A DNA stretch of 64,000 nt from Desulfomicrobium sp. (GTDB lineage Bacteria > Desulfobacterota > Desulfovibrionia > Desulfovibrionales > Desulfomicrobiaceae), in assembly GCA_040768745.1 (NCBI GenBank), contig JAXGMI010000001.1:1344001-1408000 (forward strand). Direction: 5' to 3'. Shown here one piece after another: positions 18,069 to 28,321 of the stretch (within the stretch, counting starts at the first letter, position 1; every line of letters begins with the position of its first letter). The notes beneath the pieces are model-generated. The model searched no databases. It was not told the DNA's origin and worked only from the letters and a program-made list of their open reading frames with translations. The translations under genes were made by a program, and so were the position numbers.

Positions 18069-18371
18069 TCACGCCTGCATGTCGATCAGACGTCCCTGAT
18101 CGGTTTCGACTTCCGTTTTTTCGTGGAGATGATGCCGCTTGACCACAGGAGGTGCCTGATCAGCGCGTTGCTCTTTCTCAGCAGTGACTGCTGCTTTGGT
18201 TTCGGTCGCCCGGGATTTGGATACCTGCTTTTTTTTCAGCCGCTGTTTCCGTTGAGCCAGCTCCAGGGCCATGGCCTGGTGCATTTCCGGATGAATCAGC
18301 TGTGCATGATGCATCCGCTGGGCTTCCGGAATCTGGATGATAAGGGTTGTCAGATCGAGGGTGTTGACCAT
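18069..18371 (-). CDS. Hypothetical protein (flagellar cluster)
   Basis: Overlaps the fliL stop and abuts the next gene; ends GRLIDMQA, like many flagellum-associated small proteins. Confidence 0.65.
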   Translation of the reverse strand: MVNTLDLTTLIIQIPEAQRMHHAQLIHPEMHQAMALELAQRKQRLKKKQVSKSRATETKAAVTAEKEQRADQAPPVVKRHHLHEKTEVETDQGRLIDMQA

Positions 18372-19126
18372 CACTTCAATACGTATTCCTCAAGAAAAAT
18401 TTGCGAAACCTGACCACTCTGGAGATGTTGATTGATAACGTTAGCAATGTCCTGCTTCAATTTCTCCGAATTCCCGGGGTTACTCAGAAAGGTGAGATTG
18501 GAGTTCTTCAGGTAGCGGTATACGGCATCCCGGATGAGCAACATCTTGCCCTGGATCTCACGGTGCACAGCAGCAGAAGTGTTGGGGACATTGAAGCGGC
18601 AGGTCAGAAAGCGGATCCTGTCACCTTGGGTGTGCTCCGTATAAAATTGATCGAATGCAAAGGATCGGAATTGTCCCTGGCTTTCGGGTGTTGAGAGCGG
18701 TTCTTGTGTTTTGGGCGGGGCAGTTGCGGGTGCTGAGGTTTGGGTCTGATCCTGTTCTGCTGCGGACTGTGCGCGGTCACCTGGAACGACCGGGAGCAGG
18801 GAAAAAAAATATGCCCCGCTCAGGCCCAGGAGCAGGCACCCAAGAATCCCTGCAGTGGCGATGATCATCCGATTTTTGAAGGCAGGGCGGGAAGATGCGT
18901 TCGGAGGGATCTGCAGAGGAATCTCAAGCGGATGTTCGGACACGGATTGAACAGGGGGCTTGGGTGTGACGTCGTCTTTGTCGTTGAATTCGAGAAAAAG
19001 CGCGTCATCAAGGTCGAGTTCGACCTTTTGCAGACCTTTGAAAGAGGAGTCCGGCAGACACTCATTGCCCACGCCGACATGCGCGTCGTCAGACGATGGG
19101 AGCGCAAAGAGGACTGGAAGAATCAT
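18371..19126 (-). CDS. fliL: Flagellar basal body-associated FliL-family protein
   Basis: TM helix then C-terminal IRDAVYRYL...LKQDIANVIN..L..G.V..IFLEEYV FliL-like domain; flagellar context. Confidence 0.75.
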   Translation of the reverse strand: MILPVLFALPSSDDAHVGVGNECLPDSSFKGLQKVELDLDDALFLEFNDKDDVTPKPPVQSVSEHPLEIPLQIPPNASSRPAFKNRMIIATAGILGCLLLGLSGAYFFSLLPVVPGDRAQSAAEQDQTQTSAPATAPPKTQEPLSTPESQGQFRSFAFDQFYTEHTQGDRIRFLTCRFNVPNTSAAVHREIQGKMLLIRDAVYRYLKNSNLTFLSNPGNSEKLKQDIANVINQHLQSGQVSQIFLEEYVLK

Positions 19127-19170
19127 GGAACAACGTCGCCCGGCAAAGCTGTTGCCGTGTATCTCAAGGG

Positions 19171-19551
19171 TTAATCAAAAATCTTGTTGATCTTTTGACC
19201 AAGGGTTTCAGCCGTGAACGGTTTGACGATGTAGTTGGACACTTTAGCCTGGACGGCCTCTATGATGTTTTCCTGCTGGGCCTCGGCCGTGACCATGAGA
19301 AAGGGGAGGTCTCCGAATTCCTCGCTGGCGCGGACTTTGCGCAACAATTCGATGCCGGTCATCTGGGGCATGTTCCAGTCGGAAATGATGAAGTCAATCT
19401 GGTCTTTGGTCAGAATTTCCCATGCAGCTGCCCCATCGTCAGCCTCCACAATATTGCTGAAACCGAGTTGGCGCAAAATGTTTTTGATGATCCGGCGCAT
19501 GGTCGAGAAATCGTCGACAATGAGCACTCGCATATTGGTGTTTACCGCCAT
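19171..19551 (-). CDS. cheY: Chemotaxis response regulator CheY
   Basis: VDDFSTMRRI, SDWNMP, MVTAEA, YIVKPFT. Confidence 0.97.
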   Translation of the reverse strand: MAVNTNMRVLIVDDFSTMRRIIKNILRQLGFSNIVEADDGAAAWEILTKDQIDFIISDWNMPQMTGIELLRKVRASEEFGDLPFLMVTAEAQQENIIEAVQAKVSNYIVKPFTAETLGQKINKIFD

Positions 19552-19588
19552 GAGTCCCCCAGATCGTCTCTATACAACATTGACAGGG

Positions 19589-20392
19589 TCACGCGATGTC
19601 TCCGTGCAGCTGCAGGAACATTTTTTTGAGTTTTGCCAGGGCTTGGGAGTGGATCTGCGAAACTCTGCCTTCGGTGATATCAAGCACTGAAGCCACTTCC
19701 CGCATGTTCATTTCGTCGGAATAGTATAAACTCAGAACCAGCTTTTCCCGTTCGCCCAGTCTATCGATGAGATGAACCAGCTTGTCAATGATCTCCTGGA
19801 ATGCAGCGCTGGAAAAGGGTTCCCGCTGTCTGTGCCCTCCTTCAGGGATGGGTGAATATTCCTGGATCGCGTCCAGGCTGAGAATAATTTGGGAGTTGAG
19901 CGCCTCCAGGGTGGCTTCCAGTTCCGGATTGCTTTGGCCTGTGAGTTCAGCCAGTTCGCTGCGCGAGGGTACGTGTCCGTGGGTATGTTCGAATTCCCGG
20001 ATGGCCTGCTCCAGCTTCTTGATCTTTTGCCGTAGCCCCCGGGAAAACCAGTCCATACGTCGGAGCTCGTCCAGCATGGCACCGCGTATGCGGTTCTCTG
20101 CAAAGGTCTCAAAGCGGATGCCCAGACCGGGTTGAAATTTGTGCAAGGCTTCCATGAGGCCAAGGGTTCCTGCACTGATCAGATCGCCAAGGTCGATATG
20201 GGGCGGGATCTTGGCCTTCAGGTGGAGGGCGATGGCTTTGATGCGCGGGGCAAAGGCGCGGGCAATGCGGTCCTGTTTGGTGGATTCAAGGGCAGAGTAA
20301 GACGTTGCGGAGTGCTCCAGAATCGACCAGACAGGTTCGGAGGGATTATTCCGCAAAGAGGAGTGTCTTCCAAAAGAATTTGATGTTCCCAT
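19589..20392 (-). CDS. fliA: Flagellar sigma factor sigma28
   Basis: DLISAG..GL, RIRGAMLDELRRMDW, TEGRVSQIHSQA. Confidence 0.96.
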   Translation of the reverse strand: MGTSNSFGRHSSLRNNPSEPVWSILEHSATSYSALESTKQDRIARAFAPRIKAIALHLKAKIPPHIDLGDLISAGTLGLMEALHKFQPGLGIRFETFAENRIRGAMLDELRRMDWFSRGLRQKIKKLEQAIREFEHTHGHVPSRSELAELTGQSNPELEATLEALNSQIILSLDAIQEYSPIPEGGHRQREPFSSAAFQEIIDKLVHLIDRLGEREKLVLSLYYSDEMNMREVASVLDITEGRVSQIHSQALAKLKKMFLQLHGDIA

Positions 20393-21161
20393 CGAGATGG
20401 TCCTGCGGTTTCCATTGGATCAGGATGCGAGCCAGTTTACGCACTGCCTGGCAGGCATCGCTGGACGGCGCCAAATGGCAGAATGGCTGCTGTTTGATGA
20501 CGGACTGCCGGACAACGGGATCGAGGGGGACCGATCCCACAAAATCCAGGGAAATTCCACCTAAGAAGTGGTCGCAGGCTTTGTAAAGTTTGGCAAAGAT
20601 GTCCCTGGCTGATTTTTCACTTTTGGCCATGTTCACCAGGATGTGGAATTTATCTATGCCATGTTTGATGTTCAGGACCTTGATCAAGGCATAGGCGTCT
20701 GTCAGGGATGTCGGTTCCGGCGTGAGGACAAGAAGGCGTTCCTGGACAGCTACATTGAAGTAAAGCACGTTTTCGTTAATCCCCGCGCCTGTGTCCACAA
20801 TAAGATAATCAATGCTGTCTTCAAGTTCGTCCATGGCTTCCAGCAGTTCCAGTTTCTGGCCTGCTGAGAGGGACAGCATTTCACTTACACCACTGGCCGC
20901 TGGCAGGATCGAAAATCCGTATGCCGTCGGATAAAGGATGTCGCGGAGAGACACGCCGTCGTGAAAGACGTGGAAGAGATTTTTTTCAGGTGTCACACCC
21001 AAAACGATATCCACGTTCGCCAGGCCAAGGTCTGCATCCAGGATGGCGCAGCGCCGCCCCAAACTGCTCAGGCAAAGGGCAAGGTTGACGGAGATGTTCG
21101 TTTTTCCGACGCCTCCCTTGCCGGAGGATACCGAAAGCACGATAGGGAGATTGGCGTTCAT
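20346..21161 (-). CDS. flhG: MinD/ParA-family flagellar number regulator FlhG/FleN
   Basis: SGKGGVGKT, DADLGLAN, DTGAGI, PEPTSLTDAYA. Confidence 0.93.
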   Translation of the reverse strand: MNANLPIVLSVSSGKGGVGKTNISVNLALCLSSLGRRCAILDADLGLANVDIVLGVTPEKNLFHVFHDGVSLRDILYPTAYGFSILPAASGVSEMLSLSAGQKLELLEAMDELEDSIDYLIVDTGAGINENVLYFNVAVQERLLVLTPEPTSLTDAYALIKVLNIKHGIDKFHILVNMAKSEKSARDIFAKLYKACDHFLGGISLDFVGSVPLDPVVRQSVIKQQPFCHLAPSSDACQAVRKLARILIQWKPQDHLDGNIKFFWKTLLFAE

Positions 21162-21191
21162 GCTGACCTTGTCTGCAAGCTAGATGGTTTG

Positions 21192-22250
21192 TCAGTTGGT
21201 TGCCGCGGGCAGCTCATGCCGCAGCAACAGTTTCCAGATATCCTGATCCGTGGGCTGAACCAGGGAATTTTTCAGATCCGGCCCAACTGAAAGCAGGGAA
21301 ACAGGCAGCCCCGTGATCCTGGCCTGATTGAGTATTTCCCCGTAATTACAGGCTTCATCCACTTTCGTCCAGATGATGCTGGCCGTTGAATCGGTCCGCA
21401 TTCTGGAGACGAAATTGTCCATTTGAGCCGCACCAAAAAGAGGGCTGAGGACCAGATGCATATGGACAGGAGGCAGTGTTCCGCAGGACATGCGGTTCAG
21501 CCATGCGGACATGTTCTCTGTCCCCGGCAGACCAGGGAGGTCCACAAGCACGAGGTCATGGGTTTCGGCCTCGCGGGCCAGGGAACCCCACTGCTCAATG
21601 TTGACCAGTTCTCGGTAGGTGAGGCCCGAGAGTTCCGAGTAATGCCGGAGATAGAGCCGGCCTTTGCCCTGGGATCGGTCTGCGTTGACCACCATGATGC
21701 GTGTTTCTGACCGGTTTTTCTTGACTGCCAGGGACAGGCGCAGGGCGATACTTGTTTTGCCGCTACCGTATGGACCGGCCAGGAAATGGAACTTGTGCCG
21801 CCAATTCTGAGTCAACCAGGGTGTGGCCGAAATCATGCCACTCAGAACCGACAAGGTTGACTCATGCGGGCCGCGACGAAATCTTGTCCAAAGGTCCATG
21901 AGCACATCCTGGCGCACTCCTTCCCTTTCAAGATATTCGAGGACAATCTGCTGCCTGGGAGTGAGCAAACCAAGGTCCATCTGCGGTTTGAGGACGGACA
22001 TGACCTGGTTGCGCAACCGGGACCATTCCTCGCGCAGGTCACGCAGGTCGTCGCTGTGGGTGGTGGCCAGTGGCTTTTCAGCTGGAGGCACCTGTGCGGG
22101 GTCATCCAAGGCAGCCATTATTTCGTAGTTTGCGCCGTTCCTGCGAGAATGTTTTGTGCTGCTCAAGATAATGGCTTCGGGGCCCAGTTCTTCTTTGATG
22201 CGGGCCATGATTTCCTTGGTGCTGTTGCCGGTGAAGGTTTTGACCTGCAT
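21192..22250 (-). CDS. flhF: Flagellar SRP-type GTPase FlhF
   Basis: MQVKTF...IKEELGPEAIILS, GPYGSGKT, DLPG, TKVDE. Confidence 0.9.
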   Translation of the reverse strand: MQVKTFTGNSTKEIMARIKEELGPEAIILSSTKHSRRNGANYEIMAALDDPAQVPPAEKPLATTHSDDLRDLREEWSRLRNQVMSVLKPQMDLGLLTPRQQIVLEYLEREGVRQDVLMDLWTRFRRGPHESTLSVLSGMISATPWLTQNWRHKFHFLAGPYGSGKTSIALRLSLAVKKNRSETRIMVVNADRSQGKGRLYLRHYSELSGLTYRELVNIEQWGSLAREAETHDLVLVDLPGLPGTENMSAWLNRMSCGTLPPVHMHLVLSPLFGAAQMDNFVSRMRTDSTASIIWTKVDEACNYGEILNQARITGLPVSLLSVGPDLKNSLVQPTDQDIWKLLLRHELPAATN

Positions 22251-22251
22251 G

Positions 22252-24336
22252 TTAGAGTTCCACCATGGCTACGGATTCAAGACGGATGTCGGCCGGAATC
22301 TCCGCCTGGGAAATGACCGGCATGGTCGGCAGAAAGCGGGACAGCAGCTGGGAGAGATGATGGCGGATGGGCGGGGAGGTCAGCAGCACAGGCTGGCCTT
22401 CGGCCACGATACCTTTTTCCGCGGCCTTGTTTATGGATTGGATGATTTTGTGGGCCAGGCCCGGGTCCATGGCCAGATAGGAGCCATGGTCCGTACGCTT
22501 GATGCTGTCCTGGAATGCACTCTCGATGGCCGGGGCCAGGGAAATGATAGGCAGCAGGCTGCCTGAGCCCAGGTAGGGTTTGATGATGGTGCGGGCCAGT
22601 CGCTGGCGGACAAATTCGGTCAGCTGATCTGCGTCTTTGATGGAGGGACCGTAATCGGCAAGGCATTCCACTATGGACAGCAGGTCGCGGATGGACACAC
22701 CTTCCCGCACCAGATTTTGCAAAACCTTCTGTACAACGCCCAGAGACAGGATGCCGGGCACCAGTTCCTCCACGGCCTTGGGGGCGCGTTGGGAAAGATT
22801 GTCCAAAAGAGACTGGACCTCCTGCCGGCCCAGAAATTCGTGCAGGTTCTGCTTGAATATCTCGGTTAAATGGGTGGCGATGACCGTTGACGGGTCAACC
22901 ACCGTGTATCCCGCCATGACCGCTTCGTCTTTTTTTGAATCCGGAATCCACAGGGCCGGCAGATGGAAGGCTGGTTCCAGGGTTTCGACACCTTTGATGG
23001 CGTGGCGGGCATTGCCAGGGTCCATGGCCAGATAGTGGTCTATCATTATTTCAGCTGATGCAATGCGGTTGCCTTTGATCTGGATCACATACTCCCCGGG
23101 TTTGAGCTGCAGGTTGTCACGCAGATGCAGGGACGGAACAATCACGCCCATGTCCAGGGCAAATTGACGGCGAATGGAGCGGATGCGGGCCAGAAGGTTG
23201 CCGTGCTGTTCTTCGTCCACCAAGGGGATCAGTCCATACCCCACTTCCAACTCCATGACGTCCAGGGGCAGGAGTGTCTGCACCTCTTCGGGGCTGTCGG
23301 GGGCCGGGCTCTTCTTTTTTTTCGATTCCGGGGCCTCTGTTTCCGACTTGGTGCGGTCGGAAATGACACCAACTCCGAAGAGCAGTCCGGAGAGGACCAA
23401 GAAAGCTGTGGTGGGCATGCCAGGTACCAGGGCGAAGAGGAGCAGCACTCCGGCCACCAGCTTGAGGGCTCGGGGATGGTTGGTCAGCTGTCCGATGAAC
23501 TCTTCGCCCATGCGGGCTTCTGCCGCAGCCCGGCTGACGATGATGCCGGCCGAGGTGGAGGTGATCAAGGATGGGATTGTCGACACAAGGCCGTCGCCGA
23601 TGGTCAGCAGGGAAAAGGTCCGGGCCGCGTCCATCCAGTTCATGTCTTTTTGCAGCACCCCGATGAACATCCCTCCGACAATATTGATGAATGTTATAAA
23701 AATTCCCGCATTGACGTCCCCGGCCACAAATTTGCCTGCGCCGTCCATGGCACCGTAAAAGTCTGCCTCACGGCGCAGGTTTTCGCGCTGCTTGACCGCT
23801 TGTTCTTCGTCGATGAGTCCGGCATTGAGGTCGGCCTCAATGGCCATCTGTTTGCCCGGCATGGCATCCAGGGTGAAACGGGCGGCCACTTCTGCGATTC
23901 GTGTGGTCCCGGCGACAATGACGGTTTTATTCAGGATGAAAAGGATGAGAAAGATGACGGCACCAATGGCGAAATTGCCTCCAACAACGAATTCCCCAAA
24001 GGATTGAATGACCTTGCCGGCAGCTGAAGGACCCTGGTCTCCGTGCAGGAGGATGAGTCGGGTGGAGGCCACGTTCAGGGCCAGACGCATGAGCGTGGTC
24101 ACCAGAAGGACGGATGGAAAGATGGAAAAGTCCAGAGGCGAGGTCATAAACATGGACGTGATGAGAATGACCAGAGAGAAGGAGATGGAAAAAGCCAGAA
24201 GCACATCAAGGATAAATGTCGGCAGCGGCACCAGCATGACGAAAAGGATCAGAACTACTCCTCCGGCCAGGAGGAAGTCTCCCTGCCGGGTGAAGCGCTT
24301 GTAGTTGATGGCCATGGTTTGGGTATGTGCAGCCAT
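22252..24336 (-). CDS. flhA: Flagellar export gate protein FlhA
   Basis: RIAEVAARFTLDAMPGKQMAIEADLNAG, FYGAMDGAGKFV. Confidence 0.98.
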   Translation of the reverse strand: MAAHTQTMAINYKRFTRQGDFLLAGGVVLILFVMLVPLPTFILDVLLAFSISFSLVILITSMFMTSPLDFSIFPSVLLVTTLMRLALNVASTRLILLHGDQGPSAAGKVIQSFGEFVVGGNFAIGAVIFLILFILNKTVIVAGTTRIAEVAARFTLDAMPGKQMAIEADLNAGLIDEEQAVKQRENLRREADFYGAMDGAGKFVAGDVNAGIFITFINIVGGMFIGVLQKDMNWMDAARTFSLLTIGDGLVSTIPSLITSTSAGIIVSRAAAEARMGEEFIGQLTNHPRALKLVAGVLLLFALVPGMPTTAFLVLSGLLFGVGVISDRTKSETEAPESKKKKSPAPDSPEEVQTLLPLDVMELEVGYGLIPLVDEEQHGNLLARIRSIRRQFALDMGVIVPSLHLRDNLQLKPGEYVIQIKGNRIASAEIMIDHYLAMDPGNARHAIKGVETLEPAFHLPALWIPDSKKDEAVMAGYTVVDPSTVIATHLTEIFKQNLHEFLGRQEVQSLLDNLSQRAPKAVEELVPGILSLGVVQKVLQNLVREGVSIRDLLSIVECLADYGPSIKDADQLTEFVRQRLARTIIKPYLGSGSLLPIISLAPAIESAFQDSIKRTDHGSYLAMDPGLAHKIIQSINKAAEKGIVAEGQPVLLTSPPIRHHLSQLLSRFLPTMPVISQAEIPADIRLESVAMVEL

Positions 24337-24362
24337 TATTTTGACGTCCTTGGTCTTGCGTT

Positions 24363-25430
24363 TTAGTTATGGCGGGCCCTGGTTTTGTAAATCTGGGCCA
24401 GGATCGCGGCTACGGCCTGATAGAATTCCTCGGGAATGGCCTCCCCGACCTCAACCACTTTATACAAGGCGCGTGCCAGGGGTTTGTTTTCACGTACGGG
24501 TACGCTATGGGTTCTGGCGATTTCCTTGATCTTCTCGGCTACAGCCCCTGCGCCCTTGGCCAGGATGATCGGGGCCGGGGCTTCCTGGGCATTGTAGCGG
24601 ATAGCTATGGCCAGGTGGGTCGGGTTGGTGATGACCACGTCGGCCTTTGGCACGTCGTGGATCATGCGTTTCATCATGACGGCCATCATTTTCTGGCGTT
24701 GCTTGTGCTTGATGAGGGGATCGCCCTCAGCCTGTTTGCGTTCGTCCTTGACCTCGCTTTTGGTCATCTTCAGGTTTTCCTCATAATCCCAGCGTGTATA
24801 GAGCAGGTCCGCGATGCCGATCAGGAGCATGGGGGCTACGGCATACTGGAACATAGTTTGGCTGGCCTTCAGGATGTACGATGCGATGCTTTCCGGGGTT
24901 TGGTAGAAGAGGGGAATGACCTCCCTGAAGGCTTGCTGCAGCACGACGTAGGGCCCCAGTGCCACGGCAGCGGCCATGAACAGGCTTTTGGCCAGTCGGA
25001 CCAAGGTCTGCTTGCTGAGGAAAAGCTTTTTGAACCCCGCGGCCACGTTGAACATCGTGAATTTTGGCTTGAAAACCTTGGGGGTCCAGAGGCTGCCGAC
25101 CTGCGCGCGAACCGTAACGAAAGCAACCACAGCGATGGCCAGCATGACAGGCAGAACCATGACGGCTATGCTCTGCACGCAGCTTTGGAAAAGGGATTGG
25201 GCCGAAGTCCGGGTCAGCTCGTAGGCGAAGCCTTCCCGGAAGAACCACCCCATGAGGTTTTCCATCTCGTCTCGAATGGTCCCCAGATATACCTTGAGGA
25301 CCAGAAGGCCAAAAAGAAGAATAATGGGTTTGGGCAGTTCCTGGCTCTTGGGGACGCTGCCCTCGTTTCTGGCCTTGTTGCGGCGCTTGGGTGTGGCTTT
25401 CTCGGTGCGGCTTGGGTCGTGTTGGGACAT
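24363..25430 (-). CDS. flhB: Flagellar export protein FlhB
   Basis: RTEKATPKR, EGDP, autocleavage motif TNPTH. Confidence 0.97.
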   Translation of the reverse strand: MSQHDPSRTEKATPKRRNKARNEGSVPKSQELPKPIILLFGLLVLKVYLGTIRDEMENLMGWFFREGFAYELTRTSAQSLFQSCVQSIAVMVLPVMLAIAVVAFVTVRAQVGSLWTPKVFKPKFTMFNVAAGFKKLFLSKQTLVRLAKSLFMAAAVALGPYVVLQQAFREVIPLFYQTPESIASYILKASQTMFQYAVAPMLLIGIADLLYTRWDYEENLKMTKSEVKDERKQAEGDPLIKHKQRQKMMAVMMKRMIHDVPKADVVITNPTHLAIAIRYNAQEAPAPIILAKGAGAVAEKIKEIARTHSVPVRENKPLARALYKVVEVGEAIPEEFYQAVAAILAQIYKTRARHN

Positions 25431-25436
25431 GGGATC

Positions 25437-26216
25437 CTAGTGCATGGCGTTGATGAGCTGTGAAAAAAGCAGGGGCAAGCGGGAGACGAATCCTTCCATA
25501 TGCAGGGAGATGATTTCAAAAATGATGCCCAGAAAGAGAAAACCAACGCTGATTTTCACCGGAAAGCCGATGATGAGCACGTTCATCTGGGGGGAGGCCC
25601 GGGAGACGAGAGCCAGGGCCAGATCCACGAGCAAGATGGAGGCGATGACAGGCGCGCCGATCTGGATGGCAAGGACAAAAATCTGACCCGAAAGGGCGAA
25701 GATCTGGCTGGCCAGCCGAGGTGAGAGAAGGATGGCGCCCGGCGGCAGGAGTTCAAAACTCTGGATCAGGCCGCTCAAAAGGTAGAGGTGCCCATTGAAG
25801 GAAAGAAATGTCAGTAAACTGACCATATAGAGAAAATGGGCGGTGATCGCCTCGGAGATCCCAGATTCCGGATCCACGGCATTGACCATGGTGAAGCCCA
25901 TCTGAAACCCAATGAGTTGCCCACCGGTTTGGATGGCAGCAAAGAGAAAACGGACCACAAGGCCCAGGATGAGGCCTATCAATAATTCCGCCCCGAGCAT
26001 GACGGCCAGGGCAAAAGGATGGCCAGGCATCTGGAGTCCCATATGCGGAATTCTGGGCCAAAGGGCCAGTGTCAACGTCAGAGTCAGGGCTGCCTTAACC
26101 GGCGCGGGCAGGTTTTGGCCTCCGAAAAAAGGCATCAGGAAGAGGATCAGGCTGACGCGCATGAGGGCAGAAAGAAATGTCAGGATGACGTTGGGGTCCA
26201 ATGTGAAAAGGTCCAT
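25437..26216 (-). CDS. fliR: Flagellar export protein FliR
   Basis: Hydrophobic; GQLIGFQMG, FNGHL, RASPQMNV..IGFP; likely start MDLFTL at 26216. Confidence 0.93.
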   Translation of the reverse strand: MDLFTLDPNVILTFLSALMRVSLILFLMPFFGGQNLPAPVKAALTLTLTLALWPRIPHMGLQMPGHPFALAVMLGAELLIGLILGLVVRFLFAAIQTGGQLIGFQMGFTMVNAVDPESGISEAITAHFLYMVSLLTFLSFNGHLYLLSGLIQSFELLPPGAILLSPRLASQIFALSGQIFVLAIQIGAPVIASILLVDLALALVSRASPQMNVLIIGFPVKISVGFLFLGIIFEIISLHMEGFVSRLPLLFSQLINAMH

Positions 26217-26323
26217 ATCCGGTGAAAGCAAAACGTGGACCAGACCTGGAATGTCTGCAAGTCTTGCGATCACTGAAGACAGCGGCTAGGGAGCTCCAAA
26301 CGGGTGCCGCGGCGGGAGGAAGC

Positions 26324-26836
26324 ATGGATGCTGTCTGTAGAAGGTTGGTTCACGATCTGGGTGAAGCCCTGCGTGCCCATGGCTGGCGTCTGGCCACAGC
26401 CGAGTCCTGTACCGGGGGCCTGTTGGCCAGTACCCTGACCGATGTTCCTGGGAGTTCAGAATGGTTTGAGGGGGGGGTGGTGGCCTACGACAATCGGGTC
26501 AAGATCTGCCTGCTGTCAGTGGATCAGGACCTGCTGCTTGGGCATGGAGCGGTGAGCCGGGACTGTGTCGAGGCCATGGTTCGAGGCCTGTGCAGGCTTC
26601 TGGATGTTGCGGTAGGATTGGCCATTTCGGGAATCGCGGGGCCTTCAGGCGGCAGTTCAGAAAAGCCCGTAGGCACGGTCTGGATTGCGTGCAGCTTGAA
26701 TGGGCGGGTTTCCAGCAAGGTGCATCACTTTGCCGGAGACAGGCTGGCCATCAAGGAGCAAAGCGCGCTCACCGCAGTGGCGGAGTTGCTCGATCGCATG
26801 ATGAAAAAGGGCGCGTCGGAATCGAACGCGCCGTAA
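26324..26836 (+). CDS. CinA C-terminal domain protein (NMN deamidase PncC-like)
   Basis: AESCTGG, GSS.WF.GG.VAY.N, HGAVS, SGIAGP.GG..KPVGTV; GGAGG RBS before ATG 26324. Confidence 0.92.
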   Translation: MDAVCRRLVHDLGEALRAHGWRLATAESCTGGLLASTLTDVPGSSEWFEGGVVAYDNRVKICLLSVDQDLLLGHGAVSRDCVEAMVRGLCRLLDVAVGLAISGIAGPSGGSSEKPVGTVWIACSLNGRVSSKVHHFAGDRLAIKEQSALTAVAELLDRMMKKGASESNAP

Positions 26837-26868
26837 GGGGCAGGATGGTCCGTGGCCGACCAAAGGGA

Positions 26869-27339
26869 TCAGTGCAGGTAATCCCCGCGATTGAATTTAA
26901 ATTCCTCGGTGGCTGCAAGGATATCCAATTCTTCGACCATGGCCCGTATTTCGCTGCCAATGGTTGGGTTCTCCGCCAGGCGGGTTTTAAGTTCCAGGAT
27001 GCCCTGCCGAATTTCGGTCAGAAGTTGAAACCCCTGTCGCAGATTGCCGTCAGCCATGCCGATGACCTGGGAATAATCTTCCCATGTGGAGAGCAGGGTG
27101 TCCACCTTGCCCATGACCGACTGTTCTGCAACCGTGTCCGGCATTGACGATCGCAAGACGTGGTCAAGGCCAACCATGGGCATGGCCAAAGGGGTGGCCA
27201 CGCCTGGGTGAGCGGGCACTGGCTGGTTCATCTCCTGGTCGAGGATACGGGAGAAGCCCTCGCCTTTCGTGGTCCGGGCGGCATTTTTTTGTTGGAGCTG
27301 CAGGGCAGCCAGTTGATCCAGGGTGATTTTCATGGCCAT
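26869..27339 (-). CDS. Hypothetical protein
   Basis: AAGGAG RBS before ATG 27339; ends EEFKFNRGDYL; sigma54-type promoter upstream. Confidence 0.75.
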   Translation of the reverse strand: MAMKITLDQLAALQLQQKNAARTTKGEGFSRILDQEMNQPVPAHPGVATPLAMPMVGLDHVLRSSMPDTVAEQSVMGKVDTLLSTWEDYSQVIGMADGNLRQGFQLLTEIRQGILELKTRLAENPTIGSEIRAMVEELDILAATEEFKFNRGDYLH

Positions 27340-27365
27340 CTCCTTCCTGTTTGTCCTGGGACAAA

Positions 27366-27381
27366 GCGAGGATCGTGCCAA
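27366..27381 (-). promoter_or_regulatory. Putative sigma54 promoter
   Basis: Minus strand TTGGCACGATCCTCGC (GG-N10-GC), 27 nt before the ATG. Confidence 0.6.
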
Positions 27382-27525
27382 AGCATTTTTTTCGTAATAC
27401 ATTAAAATGAAAAACTATATTTCTCCCAGCCCGGCAAAGCTTGCCGGGCCTCTGATCGCGTGCCTGCGCAAACCCCGTATCAACCCCCAGGGGCTGCGGT
27501 CAATGCGTTCCGTGCCGGAAGGTCT

Positions 27526-28134
27526 ATGAACAACACCTGGCAAAAAGGAGCCGATGCCCTGCGACAGGGTCGCTTGGTCGTCTATCCGACGGAAACCTTC
27601 TACGCGTTGGGCTGCCTGGCCACGTTGCCGCGGGCCGTGGAGCGGGTCATGGAGCTGAAGGGCCGTCCGGGAGGCAAGCCGTTGCCCCTCATCATTGCAG
27701 ACTGGGACATGTCTGAACAGTATCTGCATCTGTCCGGATTGGCGTTGACCCTGGCTCGCACGTTCTGGCCTGGATCATTGTCCATTGTCACGGAGGTCGA
27801 ACCGTGCATAAGCCCCCTGGCCAGAGATGATCACGGCAGATCTGCCGTGCGCATGACGCCTCACCCTATTGCCCGTGAGTTGTGTCGTGGAGCCGGCGTT
27901 CCGTTGATATCCTCGAGCGCCAACCGTAGCGGGAACCCTCCGGTGTTTCTGCCCCAGGATTTGGACCCCGTGCTTGTGGATCATGCTGTGGTCATTGATG
28001 CCAGACCATGGCCCCAAGGAGGGAAGGCATCGACGTTGGTGGAGGTCGTGGACAAAAATGCTGTGCGCATTCTGCGAGAGGGGGTGCTGACTGCGCAAGA
28101 ACTCGCCGCCGCGGGGTACGTTCTTGTGGGGTAA
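27526..28134 (+). CDS. Threonylcarbamoyl-AMP synthase (Sua5/YrdC/TsaC family)
   Basis: YPTETFYALG, KGR...KPL, FWPG.L, SSSANRSG, STLV. Confidence 0.92.
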   Translation: MNNTWQKGADALRQGRLVVYPTETFYALGCLATLPRAVERVMELKGRPGGKPLPLIIADWDMSEQYLHLSGLALTLARTFWPGSLSIVTEVEPCISPLARDDHGRSAVRMTPHPIARELCRGAGVPLISSSANRSGNPPVFLPQDLDPVLVDHAVVIDARPWPQGGKASTLVEVVDKNAVRILREGVLTAQELAAAGYVLVG

Positions 28135-28294
28135 AAAATTTTTGATTCAGAATGGCCCTAGATGGATGTTCCTTGGAGCAAGGTATAAAAAATTGTATTC
28201 CCGGCCGGTTCGAATATTGTGAGCTTGTAAAAAATAATTGAAACTATTCAACTGGTTGTCGATATCCTGCAAGATATTTCGCTCTTTTTTCACG

Positions 28295-28310
28295 TTGGCC
28301 CGTCATTTGC
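28295..28310 (+). promoter_or_regulatory. Putative sigma54 promoter with upstream IHF-like site
   Basis: TTGGCCCGTCATTTGC (-24/-12); TATTCAACTGGTTG at about 28245-28258 in AT-rich DNA. Confidence 0.65.
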
Positions 28311-28321
28311 TAATATCACAA

